This document shows positions 58,279 through 64,000 of a DNA stretch of 64,000 nt, in pieces. Both the position numbers and the translations under genes were made by a program. Each line of letters opens with the position of its first letter. Position 1 is the first letter of the stretch. The notes beneath the pieces are model-generated. The model was not told the origin of the DNA. It saw nothing but the letters and a program-made list of their open reading frames with translations, and made no database searches. The stretch comes from Myxococcota bacterium (lineage in GTDB: Bacteria > Myxococcota > UBA4151), in contig JAYZBQ010000060.1 in the NCBI GenBank assembly GCA_036338695.1, positions 1,302-65,301 of the forward strand, given 5' to 3'.

Positions 58279-58284
58279 CGGGTC

Positions 58285-60066
58285 CTACTTCCCGGTAACC
58301 CGCTTGGCTTCGTCCTGGTCAATCCACCAACCGCGCGGGTCGTTGACCGTCATGATCGGCAGCGGCTGAAAGTTCTTCAGGTACTTCCGGTAGACAACGA
58401 TCGCCGAGCGCCGCGAGATGAAGGTGTAGGGCTGCTCGTCGTAAACGATCTTGTGCACTTCGCGACACAGCTCGTCGCGCTTGCCGGCGTCCATAGTCTC
58501 GCGGATGGTCTCCACCAGCTCGTCCATACGGTCGTTCTTCATGCCGTGGTAGTTCGAGCCCGTCGTCGCTTCAGACGAGTGCCACAAGCCCAAGGGGTCG
58601 GTGACTTAGCCGAGGCGCCAGCCCAGCGTTGCGACGTCGAAGTCGTGATCATTCAGTGATTTGAGGAAGGTCGCCCACTCCGTCGTGCGGATCTTCATGT
58701 CGACACCGAGGCGGCTCAGGTCCTTCTTGAAGATCGTGGCGATCTGCGTCGCCGCTTTGCTGCCGGATGAGAGGCTGAAGGTGAAGGCGAAGGCTTCGCC
58801 CTTGTCGTTGACGAGCTTGCCCGCTGCGTTGCGCGTCCAGCCAGCCTCTTTGAACAGGTCAGCCGCTTTCTTGAGGTCGAAGGGGCGCGCCGTGAGCGAG
58901 CGATCGTAGGAGTCGGCTTCAGGCAGGAAGGGGCCGGTGATGCGGGTGCCCACGCCTCGATACACCTGATCGATGATCTCGTCTCGGTTGAGCGCATAAG
59001 ACAGCGCCTCCCGCACTCGCTTGTCCTTGAACAGGGGCTTGCGTCCGTTCCAGACGGCGTAGCTGTAAGCGGGGAGGCTGTAACGGCTGATGCCTACAGT
59101 GGGGTCAGCACGGAAGAGCTCCTCGTTGGCGAAGAACTGGTCGGGCGTCAGCGAGGTGTAGTCGAGGTCACCGCGCTTGAACGCTTGCAGCTGAACCTCT
59201 TGCTCCTTGATGACGATGTACTTGAGGGTATCGATGGACGGTTTGGGGTAGGCGAAGGGCGGATCCTTCAGGTCCTTACCCCAGTAGTCTTTGTTGCGCT
59301 TGAGCTCGATGTAGTTGCCGGTCTTCCACTCGCTGAACACATACGAGCCGGTACCCACGGGAGCCCGGTGGTAGGGGTGCTTGTTGAAGTCGGTCTTGTC
59401 TTTCTCGAAGACGTGCTTGGGCATGATCGGCAGTCCGTTCATCACGCCGACGGCGTTGAAGTAGACCTTCTTCCAGGTCATTCGGACCGTGTACTGATCA
59501 ACCTTCTCGAGCTTCTCGGCGTCGCGGAAGCTCGTACGGACCTTGCTGGTGGTGTAGGAGGGGTTCTGCAGCGCCTCCCAAGAGAAGATCACGTCGTCTG
59601 CGTCGAAGGCTTCCCCGTCGTGCCAGCGCGCATTTTTGCGCAGGTAATAGGTCACCACCTTCTGGTCGTCGCTGACGTCCCAGCGCTCAGCCAGGACGCC
59701 GTAGAGCTTCAACGTGCGCGGGTCAAAGTCGACCAGCGACTCGAGGATGCGTCGGCCCATGAGCACCGAATACCAGTCGCGCACGTCTAAGATGTCGTTG
59801 AGCGTGTTGGGCTCGGTCACCGCCATGCGCAGCGTACCGCCAACTTGTGCAGGCGCCGTCGGTGCCGCCGTACCTGCGCCGCTTGTGAGCCCCATCCGGT
59901 CGACGCGGCTCTCGAGCTCTTCGAGTCGCGTGTTAAGTTTTGTCACCTGTTCGCTGTCGGCGGCGTTGCCCGCCCCGGTCACGGTTTGACCTCCCTGTAC
60001 GATGCAAGAGGACGCGACCAACAGAACGGACGGCAGCAGAATAGAGCGCATAGGTTCCCTCTCCAA
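58285..60066 (-). pseudogene. Family-5 (OppA-like) substrate-binding protein gene interrupted by an in-frame TAA at 58606-58608
   Basis: The ORFs 58606..60066 and 58285..58593 are in the same frame. They read ...ATLGWRLG * VTDPLGLWHSSEATTGSNYHGM..., which is a continuous SBP_bac_5 alignment. Signal peptide at the N-terminus. Confidence 0.7.
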
Positions 60067-60132
60067 AGGCTCCGCCCACTAAAGTGGCAGCCTCGCGCTG
60101 TCAATGTTCATTGAGCGCCACGAACGCACAGC

Positions 60133-60165
60133 GAGCCCCTCTACAGGCCGCCGGCGGAGGGGCTC
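60133..60165. promoter_or_regulatory. Perfect 9-bp inverted repeat GAGCCCCTC-N15-GAGGGGCTC in a divergent intergenic region
   Basis: Read directly from the sequence. It lies between the SBP start at 60066 (minus) and the membrane-protein start at 60216 (plus). Confidence 0.4.
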
Positions 60166-60215
60166 GTGCGTGATTTGGCGTTGACCGCTCGATGATTTGA
60201 GAACAAGGCAATCAC

Positions 60216-61643
60216 ATGGAGTCTCAGCGAGCAGGCGCAGGGGTCGTCGAAGAGGTCGTGGTCACGATCCTGCGCGCAGGGCGCGGACTCTCGCTTAAAA
60301 CCTGGGCAATGACCGGCGCCTATCTGGCGATGGCGGGGGCGCTGGTGGGCGCCGTTGCGTACGCCGGTTTACGGGGGCAGCCAGCGCTCATCGACGGTCT
60401 TAACCACTACATCTTCCCGTCGTCTTGGCACGGGTTCTCGAGCCGTCTGGTGGCGATGATCCTCGAGCGGGTGCCGCCGGACGTTTGGGTCAATGGTGTG
60501 GTGCTGCTTGGCCTGCAAATCGCAGCGCTCAGCTTGTTTCCGCTCAAAGAACGTATCTCGCTCGCCGTCGAGCGCGAGCAGGGTTTATCCGAGGATTCAC
60601 CTGACGAGTTCCCGCTGGTGCGTCAGGGGGTTGAAGAGCTCAAGCTGCTGGTGATCAATCTTGCCCTAGGTGGAGCGATCCTCTGGCTCGGCTACTCAAC
60701 CGCCGAGTGGCGGCGCGACGTCGCTTCGATCTTGAGTCATCTGCACCTCGCCGGGTTCTTCGCCGTCGATTTCATGGCGCCCATGGCCCAGCGTCACCGG
60801 GCTTCAGTCGAGCAGATCCTGTCCGCGCTGGCGCGCAAGCCGGTGGCGCCGATGCTCTTTGGGTTGATCCTGACGGCGCCGTCGAGCCTGATGACGCGCA
60901 GCGACGGGCAGGCGGCGTCGATGTTGCTGCTTGTGTTCCTCGCCAACGCGGTGCCGATGGCTTGGGCGACGCTCGCTGGCACGCGCCTCATGGCGAGCGA
61001 CCTGCGGCGTGTTCAGAGCGTCGTTCCGGTCTCGCGGCGGGGCGTTCTCGCCGCTTGGTTCCTGGCGGGCGGTTGGGTCATGACGCAGGGCGCCGTGCTG
61101 GGTGCAGTCGCTTCGAGCGTCCACGCAAAGAGTCAGGTGCTCAAGTGTGATTACAGCCTCCCGATGGACGGGGTTCGAGTGGATCAACCGAGCTGGATGG
61201 CGCTGCTCTCTGGACGGCTCGAGCTGAGCGGATACGTGACGCTGGCGGTGGATAACCCCACCGAGTTTGATCTGGCGATGGAGAAGAACCGATTGGTGAT
61301 CGCTGTCGACGGGGCGCCTTGGTGGGAGGGCTCGATCCCGACGCTGCGCGCCTCAGCGCGGTCTGAGACGCGGGTCAAGGTGCCTTTTGAAGTCACGGTC
61401 ACCGCAGCGCAGGCGCTCGAAGGAGCCAAGCAAGGCTGGTCAAAAGCGAAGGCGCTGTGGTCGCGCGTCAGCGAGGTCTTCAAGCGCATGGACTCGCCAG
61501 CGTCCGTTGTTGATCAGGCTGAACGCACCATTGCGGCCACCCAGTTGCGCTTCGAGGCGGCGCGCCAGAGGGTCTCTGTCACGCTGTATCTCGAGATTTT
61601 TTCGGGGTTTGAATTCCCGATTTATCTGCTCGCACCCCCATGA
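60216..61643 (+). CDS. Polytopic membrane protein (hypothetical, about 6 TM plus a C-terminal soluble domain)
   Basis: 475-aa ORF with coding-like GC3. No recognisable motif. Confidence 0.5.
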   Translation: MESQRAGAGVVEEVVVTILRAGRGLSLKTWAMTGAYLAMAGALVGAVAYAGLRGQPALIDGLNHYIFPSSWHGFSSRLVAMILERVPPDVWVNGVVLLGLQIAALSLFPLKERISLAVEREQGLSEDSPDEFPLVRQGVEELKLLVINLALGGAILWLGYSTAEWRRDVASILSHLHLAGFFAVDFMAPMAQRHRASVEQILSALARKPVAPMLFGLILTAPSSLMTRSDGQAASMLLLVFLANAVPMAWATLAGTRLMASDLRRVQSVVPVSRRGVLAAWFLAGGWVMTQGAVLGAVASSVHAKSQVLKCDYSLPMDGVRVDQPSWMALLSGRLELSGYVTLAVDNPTEFDLAMEKNRLVIAVDGAPWWEGSIPTLRASARSETRVKVPFEVTVTAAQALEGAKQGWSKAKALWSRVSEVFKRMDSPASVVDQAERTIAATQLRFEAARQRVSVTLYLEIFSGFEFPIYLLAPP

Positions 61644-61844
61644 GAACCGGGCATGGAACCGGGTTGGGCATCGGCTGCATCCGTTTGGCTTGGCTCGAAG
61701 CCGGTCGCTGAGACCGCCCCGTAGGGGCAGCGCGCTGAGCGCCCTCGTGGGCGTTCGGCTTCACATTCGTTTCGGATAGGTTGCTACACCGCAGGGTCGA
61801 TGGCACCATGTGCTCAACGCCGGGCAGCCCGGGGTGGGGGTCAA

Positions 61845-64000
61845 GTGCATCGAATCGTCTATATCATGGCGCTCTCGGCACTGCTGACCTCGTGCCCGAA
61901 GGAGTTTGTGCCTGGATCGCCCCCGTGTCGTGCGAACATTGACTGCACGCCCCAGTTCATCGGCGCCGAGTTTGACTCTTACGTCTGCGATGCGAAGACC
62001 AAGCGCTGCCGCCCGAAAGATACGTTTTGCAGTGACGGCATCGTCCACGACGACGAAGAGTGTGATGATGGCAACGTCACGCCAGGCGATGGCTGCGGGC
62101 CGGAATGCCGTATTGAGGTCTGCGGTGATGGGATCGAGCACCCCGACGAAGAGTGCGATGACGGGAACGAGGTTGAGAATGACGCCTGTCGTAACGATTG
62201 CACTCGAGCGCGCTGCGGCGATGGGATCCTTCGCACGGATCTCGAGAGCACGCTGCCGGGCTATGAGCAATGCGACGATGGGAACACGGACGATGACGAT
62301 GGTTGCCTGAGCAACTGCGTCTCGGCGACCTGCGGCGATGGTTTTGTCGGACCGGATGAAGAGTGTGACGACGGCAACGAGGACAACGACGACGCGTGCC
62401 GTAACAATTGCCTGGCAGCTGCTTGCGGTGACGGGATCATCCGCACGGACCTCGCCGCAGGACAGCCTGGATTCGAGCAGTGCGATGATGGTAACCTAGA
62501 AGACAACGACTCGTGCCTGAGCACCTGCCGGACGGCAGCTTGCGGCGACGGGATCCGTCGGACCGACCTGCGGCGCAGCGATGAAGGGTACGAGGCTTGT
62601 GACGACGGCAACGAGAGCGACCTCGACTTCTGCATGTCGAACTGCCGCTACTCACGCTGCGGGGACGGTCGAATACAGAGCCAGAGTCTGCGCGATCGTG
62701 ACGTCTCCCCGCCGGGCGGCGTGGGGCAGGTGGCAGATGGTGGTCAGCTGGTCGGTGATGCGGGCGGCGCGCCGAACGCGGATGGTTATTGGGTCGTCGA
62801 AGAGTGTGACGACGGCAACACCGACAACAACGACGGATGCTCATCGAACTGCTTTGACGAGCGCTGCGGCGACGGGATTCGGCAGAGTGATGAAGGTTGC
62901 GATGACGGCAACGACGACAACCACGACGCCTGTCGGAATGTCTGCCAGGTGGCGCGTTGCGGCGATGGGGTGGTGCGAAACGATCTGGCGCCGGATCACG
63001 AAGACTTCGAGATCTGCGATGATGGCAACCGAGACGAGACCGACGACTGCTACGACGACTGCACGCCGCGCGGATGCGGCGACGGGATCCTCGCCGGCGG
63101 CGAGGTCTGTGACGACGGGAACGAAGACAGTAACGACGGCTGCCCGGCGTCGTGCCGTCCAGCACGCTGCGGCGACGGCTATGTCCGCACGGACGTTGGC
63201 GAGCTCGATCTGCGCTACGAGCAGTGCGACGATGGCAACACCAACGACAACGACGGCTGCCGCAACAACTGCACGCCCGCTCGCTGCGGCGACGGGGTGA
63301 CCCGAGACGATCTGCAAGCGGGTCAAGAGGGTTACGAAGCTTGCGATGATGGCAACAACTTTAACAACGACGGCTGCCGCCGTGACTGCACCGAGCCTCG
63401 CTGCGGCGATGGGAACCTCCGGCGTGACCTGTCACCTGGGCAGCCGGGCTATGAAGCTTGCGATGACGGCAACCAAGCGGATAACGATCTGTGCACGAAC
63501 CAGTGCAACTTGGCGCGCTGTGGCGATGGGATCCGGCGAGTCGATCTACAAGCAGGTCAGGGCGGTTACGAGGAGTGTGACGACGGTAACCTCAACAACG
63601 ACGACGGCTGCACGGTGGCTTGTACGACGCCTCGATGTGGTGACGGCGTGGTCGTGGGCGAGGAGGTTTGTGACGACGGTAACCGGGTCGAGCAGGACGC
63701 TTGCCGGAACAACTGCACCGAGGGGTTCTGCGGCGATGGCTTGCGCCGGATCGATGCTCAGCAGGGTGATGAGGGCTATGAGGCCTGTGACGATGGTAAC
63801 CGGATCGACACCGACGCCTGCCGGAATGACTGTCTGCTCGCACGTTGCGGTGATGGCGTCACCCGTGTGGGCGTCGAGTTGTGCGACGATGGGAACGATC
63901 AAGGCGGCGATGACTGCACCAACGCGTGCCGCCCGGCGGCCTGTGGCGACGGGATCCTTAGGAACCAAGGTGACACCCGCGAAGAGTGCGATGACGGGAA
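61845..64000 (+). CDS. Lipoprotein with Myxococcus cysteine-rich repeats. 3' end is beyond the window.
   Basis: GTG 61845 is preceded by GGGGTGGGGG. The signal is VHRIVYIMALSALLTSC (lipobox LTSC). It is followed by 15 or more CGDG...CDDGN...DGC units reading open to the window end. The gene is absent from the ORF track because it is unterminated. Confidence 0.8.
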   Translation, partial: MHRIVYIMALSALLTSCPKEFVPGSPPCRANIDCTPQFIGAEFDSYVCDAKTKRCRPKDTFCSDGIVHDDEECDDGNVTPGDGCGPECRIEVCGDGIEHPDEECDDGNEVENDACRNDCTRARCGDGILRTDLESTLPGYEQCDDGNTDDDDGCLSNCVSATCGDGFVGPDEECDDGNEDNDDACRNNCLAAACGDGIIRTDLAAGQPGFEQCDDGNLEDNDSCLSTCRTAACGDGIRRTDLRRSDEGYEACDDGNESDLDFCMSNCRYSRCGDGRIQSQSLRDRDVSPPGGVGQVADGGQLVGDAGGAPNADGYWVVEECDDGNTDNNDGCSSNCFDERCGDGIRQSDEGCDDGNDDNHDACRNVCQVARCGDGVVRNDLAPDHEDFEICDDGNRDETDDCYDDCTPRGCGDGILAGGEVCDDGNEDSNDGCPASCRPARCGDGYVRTDVGELDLRYEQCDDGNTNDNDGCRNNCTPARCGDGVTRDDLQAGQEGYEACDDGNNFNNDGCRRDCTEPRCGDGNLRRDLSPGQPGYEACDDGNQADNDLCTNQCNLARCGDGIRRVDLQAGQGGYEECDDGNLNNDDGCTVACTTPRCGDGVVVGEEVCDDGNRVEQDACRNNCTEGFCGDGLRRIDAQQGDEGYEACDDGNRIDTDACRNDCLLARCGDGVTRVGVELCDDGNDQGGDDCTNACRPAACGDGILRNQGDTREECDDG
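62025..64000 (+). repeat. Second tandem array of Cys-rich-repeat coding units, paralogous to 5251-6610
   Basis: Same nucleotide-level periodicity (tgcggcgacggg / tgcgatgacggcaac). Confidence 0.75.

Noticed and set aside
61644-61844. Terminator-like GCGCCC-TCGT-GGGCG hairpin after the 60216 gene
   Set aside because: The stem is imperfect (5/6 bp) and the downstream tract is not U-rich, so this is not a convincing intrinsic terminator.
1-64000. tRNA, rRNA, CRISPR repeats, IS elements/transposases, integrases
   Set aside because: None found. Intergenic regions are short (at most 230 bp) and lack tRNA T-arm signatures. There are no regularly spaced direct repeats and no transposase-like ORFs.

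Overview
High-GC (about 68-70%) bacterial chromosome segment. Three sequence signatures place it in Myxococcota: a MYXO-CTERM sorting tail, two lipoproteins built from the Myxococcus cysteine-rich CGDG...CDDGN...DGC repeat, and a MopE-like Cys/Asp motif. The window is mostly conserved housekeeping operons. These include nudix-rnc-era-der-yihY, serC, skp-lpxD-lpxA-lpxI, cdaA-cdaR-glmM-pdxJ-nnr-tsaE, rlmD-mutL-miaA, hutH, and an Opp-like SBP/permease set. Between them sit large accessory or lineage-specific genes: a truncated NTT(TLC)-HEAT nucleotide transporter, a two-component system co-operonic with a 13x Cys-repeat/RCC1 lipoprotein, a 1874-aa alpha-2-macroglobulin with a CMEQ thioester variant, a pseudokinase-STAND ATPase-TPR protein, and a 2127-aa alpha-helical repeat giant convergent with a MYXO-CTERM surface protein and two lipoproteins. 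No tRNA, rRNA, CRISPR array or obvious mobile element was found. One SBP gene carries an in-frame TAA and is called a pseudogene candidate. Several ORF-track starts were revised from sequence context (era, serC, A2M, lpxI, the phosphoesterase, oppC and the MYXO-CTERM gene). Within 54.36-56.58 kb my base-by-base coordinate reading disagrees with the ORF-track coordinates by 10 nt, so features placed there by hand are approximate.
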